Below, piece by piece: positions 12,523 to 25,800 of a stretch of 64,000 bases of DNA (positions are counted from its first letter, which is position 1; each line of letters begins with the position of its first letter). Source of the DNA: Mobula hypostoma (taxonomy: Eukaryota); the NCBI RefSeq assembly GCF_963921235.1, contig NC_086106.1:25606001-25670000 (forward strand), given 5' to 3'. A model generated the notes under the pieces. That model was not told the DNA's origin, searched no databases, and worked only from the letters and a program-made list of their open reading frames with translations. The translations under genes were made by a program, and so were the position numbers.

Positions 12523-12954
12523 GTACTCATTGCACAGAGATACATTCCAGAGTCAGACACAGGCGCTTCACTGATATCCAATTGAGCCGTCTTGCTCCCT
12601 TTCTGTAAACTAGCGGAAAACCTCAACGGGCAATCTGGATGCCGAAACATTCCACCAGTGCTAGATACCTGCAGCAAATAATTTGGAGGCTCTCCACTAT
12701 GTTGAATGTACCAAAAGATATACGCATCATCGTAAGTGTAAGTACAGTTCAGTGTTATGTTCTGTCCTTCCGTGGCCGTTAAGTCGGGAGGATCCTGCGT
12801 CACTGAATCTTTCCCACTTGCTCCTGCAAAAAAGGACAGAATACATCAACAACACCGGCTTGTATTGAACGTCGGGAAAATTCGCTGGCCACCTTCGCAG
12901 ACACTCACCAGGCAGCACAGACAATGCGATCATTAATAAACAGAGGGAAATCAT
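12523..12954 (-). CDS. TRAV: TCR V gene segment V3 (leader 12909-12954, V exon 12523-12823), apparently functional
   Basis: Leader MISLCLLMIALSVLP/G, canonical splice sites, open V exon LNC..IFWY..HPDCP..YLCAMS. Confidence 0.9.
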
Positions 12955-13022
12955 GGTGTCTAATTTCTGTTAGAATCGAACAGCAGGTTCCTTCCAGGAC
13001 GTGATTATCACTCAATAGATGT

Positions 13023-13161
13023 TGTGGTGTGAGGTCTTTTCAGCGATAACTTTTACTTTCTGTTTGAGCGGGGGCGCTTTCTTCGTTAAAGGATTGGCTG
13101 ACACAATGAACCGCGACTTTCTGAGCACCAATCAGAATCTGTTTTCTTTCCATGTACGTCA
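13023..13161 (-). promoter_or_regulatory. V3 promoter block
   Basis: TGTGGT 13023-13028, ATTGG 13093-13097, CCAAT 13128-13132, CGTCA 13157-13161. Confidence 0.6.
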
Positions 13162-14063
13162 TTCTGCCTCTTTCTCCGCTCTTTCAATGTCCCGCATTCT
13201 TCTCTCTCTCTCTTTCTCAGTGTGTCGTGCTGCATTTGTTACCCTGTTCTCTAGAGAATAACAAAATATTCAAAAACTTATCAATGAGTAATCATGCGCA
13301 ATTAAGAGTTTTTCACATTGTCGCTTCTTCGTCATCGACAGTATTCCGCCGGAAATAGTTTATTTATTTATTTGTTTCTTTAGTTAGTTATTTGGTGGTA
13401 TATCGGACAATAGTCCCTTAGGTAAACATTTCTCAATCGTCCAGCATTAAACTAGTTATTCCATGTCAGCAAGTGTTCATCTAATTATTCCCAAATCTTT
13501 GTTTGCAGTTGGGGAGCCAATTTGCTATCCACGCCAATAGACTCCTGAAAGCACGTTCTGCGTAGCCAGCACTCTCTTCGTTAAAAAAAAACAAGACTCA
13601 CATCGGCACGCCCCTTGTAATTATTTCCAATCGCACTAAAATATCGTAAACCTGCATGAGCCATTTCCACCTTTCGGTCAACGGGCTGATTGCCCTCTCT
13701 ATCTATGCCTCTTGACAGTTATTAAGTTATTAATTTACCCCTCATCTTCCTTCGTTCCAAAAGAAAGGTCCAAGCTCGCTGAAACTGAAATGACCTGTGG
13801 AATATACAGGCACCTGCGGATGTGTAACTGAAGTTGAACTTTACGATCCGTCTTCCTTTAATCGTCGATGCAGAGAACTAGATCTTTTCCACACGTTCTA
13901 CAGAAGAAGGACAACATGACTGAACATCAAGTGCTCCCATTGCACCTGCAAGACACCCACTAACTATTTGCGAAATGGTTCGCCAGGCAGCAGAGACAAT
14001 ATAATCAGTAAGGATCAAGGACGTACACGGTGCCTGTTTTCGCGCGCGGTCTTAAGCCAGATA

Positions 14064-14642
14064 GAGTTATAGAGTTGTTCGTCCATTGTTGACGTCGATG
14101 AGGACCTCGACACTATTATGATGGTGTCGAGACTAGCGCGTGATTTGGATTTAAGTGAGGGAGAGTTGCGCAGCGTCAGCCTCACTCTCTCTTCCCAATT
14201 CCCATCTGGATCCAGTGGCAAGACAGAGGCTAGTCGGCTGGAGATGGGACTAGGCGCAGTGGATGACCTGGACGTCTTCTGTGTCTTGTCCTGCTCTACA
14301 TGTTCCACGACGCTTGCAGAGACCGCCTTCTTGACCGTTGGACCTTCCATAGGTCTCGTCCGCTCAATCCGCCGGAGTCTGACTTCACATGCTGGGATAG
14401 ACAACTCCCTATCTCACCGAGGGTTTGAGACCCGCCGGCTCCCCTCACATGGTTTAGCCGGCTTGTCGAAGCCGTTGCCCGGGTTGTAGCCGCTGTCGCA
14501 TGCAAACAGCTAGGGGGAGCCACAGGTGAGTGCTGAATGCCAGGATGGGACCAAAGGTGGATTAACCGCCCTGAAAAGGATGCGACATGTTCCACCACCA
14601 GAGGTGCTACCCCTCCCTGACACCCCATACACCTCAGATAAC
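14064..14642. mobile_element. Short non-autonomous retroposon insertion (579 bp)
   Basis: 10-bp TSD AAGCCAGATA at 14054-14063 and 14643-14652. It is absent from the paralogous spacer at about 32110, is GC-rich, and has an internal hairpin ctcgacac..gtgtcgag. Family not identified. Confidence 0.65.
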
Positions 14643-15534
14643 AAGCCAGATAACAAGAAGTTAATACCACAAATTTGAGAGAATGATGTCAGATACGCTA
14701 CACCCTTCACTTCGTGCAAACCCTGCCGTAATTTGTTTTGCTAACTCGGAGTTTAACTGTGGAATTCAGAGCTAAGCCTATTTAAGCACCGACGTGAATG
14801 GAACTGCTGCACTCTCTGCTTATTTATCATTCACTCTAACTATGTTATATTTTCCAATCTCATCCTTTCATTCTTCGTTCCATTTTAATTAACACTTCAT
14901 TTCTGGCATTGCATCTCCCTCTTTGTTCCCTATTTTGTTACTAGTTATAGTTCCGTCGCTATGTCACTCAATGGCTCTATGTCTGCCTTTGTATTCCAAT
15001 TTGCAATTTTAGTGAATTATCAATGTAGCTTTAAACTCGTTGTGGAAACATCTTTTAATCCAACGCCTATCCACTCTGTATTAATTTTCAAACAGTAAAA
15101 TAAACATCTATTTACCTGCACTTTTATAAACATAATGCTAGTGGACGCCACCTGAAATTTATCATCATCAGAAGCATTTAGTGTGACAGCATGTCCGATG
15201 CTGTCTGGTCATATACAACCTCAGCATCTCTAGGTGGCACTTATGTTCACCGTTAATTTCTCAAGGTAGTGAACACTGAAGTTCAGCAAACAATTAACCA
15301 CAAGATATTGTTATAGGCAACAGAGAGACATTGCCACCACCATATAGTAGAAATGCTTCGGAAAGCCGCCAAAATATCCCTAGCTAAAGCTAAATTCAAG
15401 AAGTGTTCCGCAAGTTTGGTCGCATTTTGCGGTTGAATGCAACATTTCAAATCGACCACGTGATCCTAATGCTTTCTGCGTACAGCTGTTGCAGATCACC
15501 AGCAAAAGGCGCCCTCTAGTGATCACGTAACCCT

Positions 15535-15990
15535 GGATTTTGTCAGATCGGCAACACTGCGCGGTCCATTATACAGAGATACTGTGTACACCAGAGTCAG
15601 GGACAAGAATTGCAGAGATACTTGTATGAGCCGACTCTGCGACTGTGCAGAACAGCTGTAACCCTAGCTGGACATTCTGAGGCAGCTCCAGTTTTCATCA
15701 GCCGTATAGCTTCAGCAGTTTTTAGGAGATTCTCCGCGATGCTGAGTGTATCAAATATGTTTGTCTTCATTCGTGTGTAACTGAATTTCAGTGTTATCAT
15801 CTGACTTTCGTCAGACGATAATTTTGGAGCATTCTGATCACAGAATTGTACTTCCTCGTTCCTGCAATAAAGGACAGAATGCAGTGACTTCCCTGACTTG
15901 CACTGAACTGCGCCTCGCTGGTCATGTGCGCAGAGTATTAGTTGTCAGAATGGCGAAAGAAACCACTAAGAGACTGAGGGACAAATACTG
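15535..15990 (-). pseudogene. Family-2 V pseudogene A
   Basis: Acceptor at 15861/15862, frameshifts, broken Trp41 region (TTTGATACACTCAGCAT), DSG remnant, nonamer ACAAAATCC. Confidence 0.75.
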
Positions 15991-16689
15991 ACTCGCTTTA
16001 GACCCGATAGGATCGCAAATCACTTACAGGAATTTATCAACATGACAAATAATGGAGAATGAAACGTATCGGAAGAAGACTGACGGGTGCAATACTTAAC
16101 AATTGCTAAATAAAACCAGAACAAAGGCACGAAGCAGAAACCAGTTACGTTGAAAGCCCTCTTTTGCCTTATACCACAGTATGAATCTCTCTTTCTCTCT
16201 CACTTTCCCTGCCCTTCTTTCTTTCACTCCCCCCCCCCCACTCAACCTCTCTCCGTCTGTCTTTCTCTCTTCATCACCGTCTGTCATTCTCACTCTCTTG
16301 CTCTATCCCTACCTACTTCTCCCTCTCTGTCGTTCTGACTCCGGGCATTGATTTCTATTTATCTACATTTTTGAACGCACAACTCACTCCCGCTTTCTTT
16401 GCCACTCTGCACCTGCTCTATCCTTTCACACCATGTCACTTAATGTTAGCCAGCGTATCCACGACGATTCCTACGAGTCAATTCCGCAGTTGCTGTTATG
16501 TAACTTATTATTGGCCTTTTAAGTTATTGATGGAACACCTGTACCTTTCAATCTTCCAGAACCCCGTTGGATAATACTTGTCAATAGCACATCAAATATT
16601 TATCCCCATGGACGAAGTGGGATTAAATGTTTAGCGGACATGGAAGGCACCGGTTAGAGCAGGCAAACATTGCGAACACTGAGGTGTTC

Positions 16690-16980
16690 AGATCCGCTAT
16701 CGTCGGGAAACGTTGAGTGCTGAACTAAGCAAAGCTATTCAGTGGAGTCCGGCACGATGCCGTATAACTTATTTAGGGGTAACATCTTTGACCAGAGACC
16801 CAAAATATTACTAGAATTACTTCGCATAGAACAATACAGTGACACAGTCTGCCCTTCCACGGTCATTAAATCCCTCCTTGAGGGGTTCACAAAATATGTC
16901 CCACTCGTTCTATTAACAGACCCCGAATGTATGAGGGGCGACAAAACACACTGCCCTGCAAGACGCGCTGCTACCAATTA
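16690..16980 (-). pseudogene. Family-3 divergent V-like relic A
   Basis: FVNPSRRDLMTVEGQTVSLYCS; homologous to the relics at 21.5, 27.3, 36.5 and 51.0 kb. Confidence 0.55.
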
Positions 16981-17248
16981 GACAGATTCACCAAGCAAAG
17001 TAGTCGATCCGAAGAGTTTCAAGCAGTGGTTGTAGCCGGAACATCGTACATTGAATAAAGTAAACAGAGAATGATTTGCAGTTGTTTCTCTGATAAAAGA
17101 GAAGTTATTCAAGTAAGCACAAGCAGGGGCTTTCCGGGAAACTTGGCGCTCTCGTTTTAAAATAGATGCAGCTTTTATTTCTAAAATCAGGGTTTATACC
17201 AACCACAGGACGGTTTGGCGTTAATTGGTTCCCTCTCCGCATCGCAAA

Positions 17249-17250
<2 letters not shown>

Positions 17251-17310
<60 letters not shown>
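17251..17310. repeat. (CT)n microsatellite
   Basis: About 30 perfect TC units. Confidence 0.98.
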
Positions 17311-17319
<9 letters not shown>

Positions 17320-17359
17320 ATTTCTCTCGCACGCGAGAGGGATGTTTTGCATTATACAG

Positions 17360-17762
17360 AACCATTTTCATATAGATAGAGATATATGCCAGTATTCGAC
17401 ACTAGAGCTCCACGAAAATGTAATTAGGCCGTCTAGCTGGCCTTCTGTAACTAGTGGTAAATCTTACTGGACAATCTGGATGCCGCTCCATTATGGCTAT
17501 GCCCTCTAAATTCAGCAAATTGTTTGGAGATTCTCCACAATGTTGAATGTACGGAAAGGTAGCTGTGGTCTGTTCTTTCTCATCCGTTACATCGGGAGGA
17601 TCCTACGTCACTGAATCTTTCCCACACGTTCCTGAAATAAAGGACACAGTAAGTAAACATCGCTGTCTTGTATTGACCGCAGGGGAAATTCACTGTCCAC
17701 CTTCGCAGAGACTCAGCAGGCAGCACAGCCAATGCAATCCGTAATGAATTGAGGGAAAGCAT
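17360..17762 (-). pseudogene. V pseudogene psiV4 (family 1, RSS-deleted type)
   Basis: TAG at 17603-17605, donor GT changed to CT, same Cys104/RSS deletion as psiV2 and psiV6. Confidence 0.85.
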
Positions 17763-17924
17763 TCTATAGGAAGAGGTGCAGTCGGCGTTTCAGGCCGAGA
17801 CGAAGGATCTCGGCCTGAAACGTCGACTGCACCTCTTCCTACAGATGTTGCCTGGCCTGCTGCGTTCACCAGCAACATTGATGGGTGTTGCTTGAATTTC
17901 CAGCATCTGCAAAATTCCTGTTGT
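17763..17924. mobile_element. Fold-back (inverted) Penelope pseudo-LTR mini-insertion
   Basis: 38-bp inverted arms 17763-17800 and 17808-17845, followed by the PLE terminus (tgcttgaatttccagcatctgca..ttcctgttgttt). Flanking imperfect direct repeats ttgagggaaagcattct (17749-17765) and ttgagggaagtattct (17925-17940). Confidence 0.8.
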
Positions 17925-19992
17925 TTGAGGGAAGTATTCTGACTGGATCGAACGGCAGATTGTTCCAGGACGTAATTAACAAATATTGTGGTGTGAGGTC
18001 GTTTCAGTGATAGCTTCCACCTTGTGTAAGATCTGCTTTTTCGATTCTCTGACATAAGGTATCGAAGTCTTTCAGAGCAGCAAGCAGACCCTGCTTCATT
18101 TCTAATCGTCTTTCTACTCGTTTCTCCATTCTTTGCAGATCGCATGTNNNNNNNNNNNNNNNNNNNNNNNNNNNNNNNNNNNNNNNNNNNNNNNNNNNNN
18201 NNNNNNNNNNNNNNNNNNNNNNNNNNNNNNNNNNNNNNNNNNNNNNNNNNNNNNNNNNNNNNNNNNNNNNNNNNNNNNNNNNNNNNNNNNNNNNNNNNNN
18301 NNNNNNNNNNNNNNNNNNNNNNGTACTGTTTGGAGGATATCTCTGGAGGGTATGAATTTCGTGATGTATATTGTGCACATTCTCTGATTTTAAACGGAAC
18401 CACTGAAGAATGCTGGATAGGTTTTTCGCTGTACCCTGTTACACCTGGAAAAAAAAACAGAAAGTTAAGTAACATCACCAGTTTGAAGTCAGTATGAAGG
18501 TCTGCATTGTGAAGGAAGATATCAGGCTGTCCTGCAACTCATAGAATATCGGTTGAGCAGATAAATGGAGATGAATGACTGTAGGTTACCTATCTTGCAA
18601 TGCAGTGATACCTGGTGCCATATAACCAGGGATCCGGTGCGATTCCGATATTCCATTCGATCAGCAGATACGTGTGTGCTCAGTTTCCACATTTACCCCG
18701 TTAACATGTTTTCACGGTCCGATTAAAAGATGCTCTGGATAGCCCGTCCTCCTGATCGAAGTATCACTGAGGTACGTGTAACAGGAATTTGCGAAAATTG
18801 GACAGGCAAATCTGTAAACCATTATACGATAAGATGAAAGTTCAGAATTCTGCCAGTTTTTCCGATCGAGTCTGCTCCGCCATTTCAGAGGAAACAGTGT
18901 GGTGATGGAATTTTTCGGAACTCTAAACATACCATTAAAGTGAGAGTTTCAGAAGGTCGAAATATAGCTTTGGAAACAGATGCAATCAATTTCTGTTCCT
19001 TCTACAGCAATCGGTCGTTCTTTTTGTTTCTCTCTTCCATCTGAGGGAAAACACTGAAGTCTACAAGCACGTTCCAGTGTGCAGAAGTATACATTCTACC
19101 CGGTTGTAAGGATATTGAACTATAGGATGAAATTGAATCTCAATCCCAATCCACCTCAGTATGATTTATTCTTTATTTCCTGCCTGCGTTGCATTTTTAT
19201 ACGTTTCTTACCCTTTATTGTTGTATTAATGTTGTTATATATACACCAAAATGCTCCACGTGGCGATTACATCGGATCCGTTAAATGTGGTTGGGAAACC
19301 AGATTATACAAGGTATCACTCTGTTGTCATCCCATTCCCTCTCTTCCTCTCTCGCTCCTTTATTCTGAAAATGCCTTCAAAATATGAATCTCGGGGTAGC
19401 ATGCTAGCGCCTATATGTATTTTAACCACGAAGTTATTTTCAACACTGAACCCCTTTCACACAGCACGGAAATACTCCGACTAGCATATTATCTGCATCC
19501 ACTATCACGCTAACCGTCGGAAGGTTCTGTCGGATTATCTAAATGTTCAGTATAAATAATGAGTAGCTGTTACATCTTCCTTAATTTCAGTGGGTTTTTA
19601 ATTTCTGGGCTTCGGTAGCATGCCACTTGCAATTCTTTGTCATTCTGAATAGCACCAATTTTGCCATCCTCTGTTTTCCATTGACCACTTTAAATATATA
19701 CCGGTTCCACTCCTTCCATATTATTTTTCTGTGCAAACAAACGAACAAAGTGGCCAAAGGCAATATCAGTCAGGGCTGTCCATCGTTATATATCCTCTCA
19801 GCAAAAGAAGATGGGCGAATGCACATTGCTTTATTCAGGAAATGAATTGCTACTGTTCAGTTCACTTCCGCCTTGTAATCAGAAACTTCCTTCAGCTTCG
19901 GCGCCTTGTGCTGCTGCTTACAGTGCTCTTCCGCAGGGCACGTGACCATGGATGATTTCCGGGTGCGCCCCTTCCAGATTCGCCGCGAACAG

Positions 19993-20006
19993 GCGCCCTC
20001 CTCTGA
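19993..20006 (-). promoter_or_regulatory. CTCF-like motif 3' of the V5 RSS
   Basis: TCAGAGGAGGGCGC, 24 bp past the nonamer. Confidence 0.5.
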
Positions 20007-20030
20007 GAGCTTTTGGCATCATACAGGACT

Positions 20031-20069
20031 AGTTTTTGTCCGGACCCGCCGTCGCCATACAACAGTGTG
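20031..20069 (-). other. 23-RSS of V5
   Basis: CACACTG + 23 nt + ACAAAAACT. Confidence 0.9.
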
Positions 20070-20492
20070 GTACTCATTGCACAGAGATACCTGCCAGAGT
20101 CCGGCACCAGAGCGTCACGGATGTTCAACTGAGTCGTCTTGTTGACCTTCTGCAAACTAGCGGTAAACCGATTCATTCGATTCATTTCTCCAGTGCTGGA
20201 TACCTTCAGCAAAAAATTTGGAGGTTCTCCACTACGTTGAATGTACCAACCAATAAAATATGGAGTATCGTAAGAGTAATTACAGTTCAGTGTTATCTTC
20301 TGTCCTTCCTTGGCCGTTAAGTCAGGAGGATCCTGCGTCACTGAATCTTTCCCACTCGTTCCTGTAATAAAGGAAAAAATACATCAGCAACGCCGGCTTG
20401 TATTGAACGCCGGGGAAATTCGCTGGCCACCTCCGCAGACACTCACCAGGCAGCACAGCCAATGCGATCATTAATAAACAGAGGGAAATCAT
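20070..20492 (-). CDS. TRAV: TCR V gene segment V5 (leader 20447-20492, V exon 20070-20361), apparently functional
   Basis: Leader MISLCLLMIALAVLP/G, canonical splicing, open exon LNC..FIGWY..YLCAMS. Confidence 0.9.
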
Positions 20493-20732
20493 GGTGTCTA
20501 ATTTCCAGCTGAATCGAGTGGCATACGCCTTCCAGGACGTAATTATCACTCAATAGATATTGTAGTGTGAGGTCTTTTCAGCGAAACCTTTCACCTTATG
20601 TAAGAGTGGGTATGTTTTCCTGGTTAAGGAACTGGCTGACACAATGAGCAAAAACTTTTTGAGCACCAATCAGAATCTGTTTCTTTTCTTACGTCATTCT
20701 GCCTGTTTCTCCGCTCTTTCAATGTCCCGCGT

Positions 20733-20768
<36 letters not shown>

Positions 20769-21499
20769 GTTTTTCAGTTGCCCTACAGCCTTTGTTACCC
20801 TGCTGTCCTTGCATAATCACAACATACTCAAAAACTTATCAATGTACAATGATACCTAATTAAGAATTTTTCACCTGGTCGCTTCTTCGACTCGACAGTA
20901 TACAACTGGAAGTAGTTCATTTATTTATTTGTTTGTTTAGTTGGTGATATATCAAACAATTGTCCCTTAGGTCAACATTTCTCAATCTTCCGGCATTGAA
21001 CTAGTTATTCAATGTCAGCAAGTGTTCGTCTAGTCCTTGTTTGCTGTTGCGGAGCGAATCTGCTATCTACGCCAAGTGATTCCTGAAAGCACATTCTGTT
21101 TCGCCAGCAATCCCTCTCTTTCTTACTCAGAACATTGATTTCTACTTTTCTATCTATCGGCACGTTTGAACGCTCTTTCAACTCACTCTCGCTTCCTTTG
21201 CCACTATGCCCCTGCGCTATCCATTTTTACACCATGTCACTCCATGCTAACCAATGTATCCGCGACGATTCCTACGAGTCATCCACAAAATTATAGCTTT
21301 CCACTGTTGCCGCTTTCTAACTAATTATTAGCCTTTGAAGTTAATGTCGGAACACCTTTCAATCACCAGGACTCCGTTGGATATTTCTTGTCAATTGCAC
21401 ATCGAATATTTATTTACATGGACGAGCTGGGATTACATGTTCAGCGGACATGGAAGGCGCCGGTTAAAGCAGGCAAACATTGCGAAAAACGAGTTGTCC

Positions 21500-21760
21500 A
21501 GATCCTATATGCCATGGAACGTTGAGTTCTGAACTGGGCAAAGCTATTCAGTGGAGTCGGGCAAGATGCCCCCAAATTTTATTTAAGCGGAACATCTTTG
21601 CCCAGAGATCCGAAATATTACTGGACTGTCTTCGTGTAGAACAATACAGTGACACGGTCTGCCCTTCCACGCTCACTAAATATCTCTTCTGACGTTCACA
21701 AATGCTGCCTCATTTGTGTCTGTATCGAGCCTCGAAGGTGTGAGGCGCGCCGGAACGCAG
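21500..21760 (-). pseudogene. Family-3 V-like relic B
   Basis: Homologous to 16690-16980 (gacacggtctgcccttccac = VEGQTVS); disrupted. Confidence 0.5.
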
Positions 21761-23124
21761 TGATCCTGGACGGCACGCTCTGACGGATTCGCCAGATTCA
21801 CCAAGCAGAGTAGTAAGTACAAAGAACCTCGTAGCGGGATCATGGTGATTTGAATAAAATAAACAGAGGAAAATTTGAAGATATTAATCCGATAAAAGAG
21901 AAGTGAATCAAGTTAGTTTAACAAGAGACTTTCCGGGAGACTCGGCGCTTTAGCTTCGATGTATATTCGTCTTTCTTTCCTAAATTAGGGGATTATAGCA
22001 ATCATAGGGATGTGAGTGGCGTTAACTAACTGCTCTTCTCTCTCCCTCTCTCGCCCTCTCTCTCTCTCTCGCACGCGTACGCTCGCCCTCGCTCTCCGCA
22101 CTCATTCTCCCTGCTGCCATATTTTTCCTCGCCTCCTGTCTTTTTGCTCTGTTTTTCTCTCTTATCCTTACTGTCTTATCTCCCTCTCTTTGTCTCAATC
22201 CATCACTTTTGCCTCCGCATCTCTTCGTCATCCTCCTATTCGTTTCCTTCCGTTTTTCTCCCTCACTGACTCTTTCAAGTGGATGTGAAGGTATTTATTT
22301 TATCATTCCTTTGTACTACCTCGATAAACTGTTCAAAGATTTGTTCTCTTAAATCCCAGTCAATGCAATCATCCGACAGGAATAAACAAACATATACAGC
22401 AAAATGCCCCACGTGGTGATAACGTCAGATCCGTTAAATCTGTTTGGGAATCCAGATTATACAATCTATCACTCTGTTGTGCTCCCATTCCCTCTCTCCC
22501 TCTCTCGCTCTCTTTTCTACTGAAAATGGCTTCATAATATATGTATATGGGTAGTATGCAGTCATGTATATGTACTTTAAATATGAAGTTACTTTGAACA
22601 TTGAACCTCTTTCGCTATCACGCGAAACATTGGCAGGTTCTGTCGCATTATCTAAATACTCAGTATAAATCAACGTAGCTGTTGCAGCATCCTTAATGAC
22701 AGTAGCATGCCACTTTGCAGTTCTTTGTTAATCTGAAGACCACCATTTTTCCCACCTGTTTTCAGTTTGCCAGCAATTGTCCTATTTAAATATATCCTGT
22801 TTCCAATCCATTCTCATTATTTCTCGCTGCAAACACTCAAACAATGTGTACATAGACAATGTCCGGCAGTGTTGTCAATCGTGGTATGCAATTGCAGCAC
22901 AAGAGATTGGGTGAAAAAACATTGCCGTACCCCGGAAATGCATTGTAAAATTCCAGTTTATTTGCGCATTGGTATCACGAACTGCTCCTCCAGATTCTGA
23001 GCTGTCTGCTGCTGATTTCAGCAAACTGAACCAGGGCACAAGTCAATGACTGATTTCTGGGTGCATCTGTCCAGTTTCCCGGAAAAAGGAACTCTGCAGT
23101 GAGGACTGTTTTGCATTATACAGA

Positions 23125-23559
23125 ACCATTTTTGTATATATTACAGATACACGCCAGTATTCCACATTACAGCTGCAAGAAAATGTAATTAGGCCGTCTA
23201 GTTGGCTTTCTGCAACTAGCGGTAAATCTCACTGGGCAATCTAGATGCCGCTCCGTTAAAGCTATACCCTATAACTTCAGCAAGTAATTTGGAGAATCTC
23301 CACAATGTTGAATGTACGAAAAGATAGTTGCATCAGCTGAAATGTAATTACATTTCACTGTATGTCCTGTCCTTCCTCAGCCGTTACGTAAGAAGGATCC
23401 TACGTCAGTGAATCTTTCCCGCGCGTTCCTGAAATGAAGTTCACAGTAAGCAAACATCTCTGTCTTGTACTGACCGCAGGGGAAATTCACTGTCCACCTT
23501 CGCAGAGACTCACCAGACGGCACAGCCAATGCAGTCCGTAATGAAAAGAGGGAAAGCAT
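23125..23559 (-). pseudogene. V pseudogene psiV6 (family 1, RSS-deleted type)
   Basis: Splice sites intact, but TAG at 23400-23402, TAA where YLC should be, and heptamer/spacer missing. Confidence 0.85.
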
Positions 23560-25800
23560 GGTGTCTAATTTCCGTCTGGATCCAACGGCAGATTCTTCCA
23601 GGGCGTAATTATCACTCAACAGATATTGTGGTGTGAGATCGTTTCAGTGATAGCTTCCACCTTGTGTAAGATCAGGGACGTATCCCTGCTTTTTGGATTC
23701 TCTGACATAAAGTATCGAAATCTTTCAGAAGAGCAAGTAGACCCTGCTTCATTCTATTCGTCTTTCTACTCATTTCCCTGTTCTTTGAANNNNNNNNNNN
23801 NNNNNNNNNNNNNNNNNNNNNNNNNNNNNNNNNNNNNNNNNNNNNNNNNNNNNNNNNNNNNNNNNNNNNNNNNNNNNNNNNNNNNNNNNNNNNNNNNNNN
23901 NNNNNNNNNNNNNNNNNNNNNNNNNNNNNNNNNNNNNNNNNNNNNNNNNNNNNNTTCCTTCTCTCACTGCCATGCTGTTTTGTGTTTTTGTACTGTTTGG
24001 AGGATGTCTGTGTAGGGTATGAATTTTGTGTTGTATATTATGCACAGTCTCTTATTTTAACGGGAAGCATCGAAGCATGCTGGATAGGTTTTTCGGTGTA
24101 TCCTGGTACACCTGAAAAACAAACAGAAATATATGTAACATCACCAGTTTGAAATCAGTGTGAGGATCTGCAAAGTGAAGGAAGATATCAGTCTGTCCTG
24201 CAACTCATAGAATGTGGCTTGAGTGGAAAAATGGAGGTGAATGACTGCAGATTACCTATCTTGCAATGTGGTGATATCTGGTGCCATGTGAACAGGGATC
24301 CGCTGCGATTCCGATATTCGATTCGATCAGCAGATACCTGTGTGCTCAGTTTCCACATTTCCTGCGTTAACACGTTTTCAAGGTCCCGTAAAATATGCCC
24401 TGGGTAGACCGTCCCCCTGATCCAAATATCACTGAGGTACGAGTAAGAGGAATTTGCGAAAATTGGGCAGATAAATCTGTTAACCATTATACGATAAGAT
24501 AGAAGTTCAGAATTCTGCCATTTTTCCGATCGAGTCTGCTCCGCCATTTCAGATGAAATTGTGTGGTAATTGAATTTTTCGAAACGCTAAACATACATTA
24601 AAGTGGGAGTTTCAGAAGGTCGAAAGATAGCTTTGGAAACAGATGCAATCAATATCTGTTCCTTCGACAGTAATCGGTCGTTCTCTTTGTTTCTCCCTTC
24701 CATCTGAGGGAAAACCCTGAAGTCTAAAAGCACGTTCCAATGCGCACAAGTATACATTCTACCCGGTTGTATGAATACTGAAGTGTAGGATGAAATTGAA
24801 TCCCAATCCAAATCCACCTCGATATCATTTTGTTCTTTATTTCCTGGTTGCGCAGCATATTTATACGTTTGTTACCCTATATTGTAGTATTCTTTGATTG
24901 TTTTACTTTGAACTACCGCGATAAACAGCATAGTGAATCCATCTGTTATAATCAAACCGATGCAATCATGCGACAATAATAAACAAATTCCGTTTGCAAT
25001 GTAGATATATATATACCAAAATACTCCAAGTGGCGATTACATCGGATCCGTTAAATCTGGTTGGGAATCCAGATTATACAAGCTATCAATCTGTTATGAT
25101 CCCATTCCCTCTCTTCCTCTCTCGCTCTTTTATTCTCAAAATGCCTTCAAAATATGAATCTCGGGTTAGTATGCGATCGCCTGTATGTATTTTAACGACA
25201 AAGTTACTTTCAACACTGAACCCGTTTCACACAGCACGGGAATACATCGACGAACATAATATCTGCATTCTCCATCACGCTAAACATCGGCAGGTTCTGT
25301 CCGATTATCTAAATGTTCAGCATAAATGCTGAGTAGCTGTTATATCTTCCTTAATTTCAGTGGGTTGTTAATTTCTGGGTTTCGTCAGCATGCCACTTGC
25401 AATTCTTTGTCATTCTGGAAATCACCAATTTTGCCATCCTCTGTTAACATTGACCACTTTAAATATATACCGGTTCCACTCATTCCATATTATTTTTCTC
25501 TGCAAGCAAACGAACAAAGTGGCCAAAGACAATGTCAGTCAAGGCTGTCCATTATTATATACCCTTACAGCAAAACAAGATGGGCGATGTGCATTGCGTT
25601 ATTCAGGAAATGAATTGTAAATTTCCAGCTCAGTTGCGCCTTGTAATTAGGAACTGTTCTTTCAGATTCGGCGCCTTGTGCTGCTGCTTACAGCGCTCTT
25701 CCGCAGGGCACGTGACCATGGATGATTTCCGGGTTCACCCCTTCCAGATTCGCCGAGAACAGGCGCCCTCCTGTGAGAGCTTTTGGCAACATACAGGACC

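Noticed and set aside
17690-18478. 262-aa ORF and other ORFs spanning N runs
   Set aside because: Artefacts of translating through assembly gaps.
19958-19975. Second CTCF-like site (gtgcgccccttccaga) about 20 bp beyond the main one
   Set aside because: Only the GGCGC end matches and it is variable among paralogs; too weak to call.
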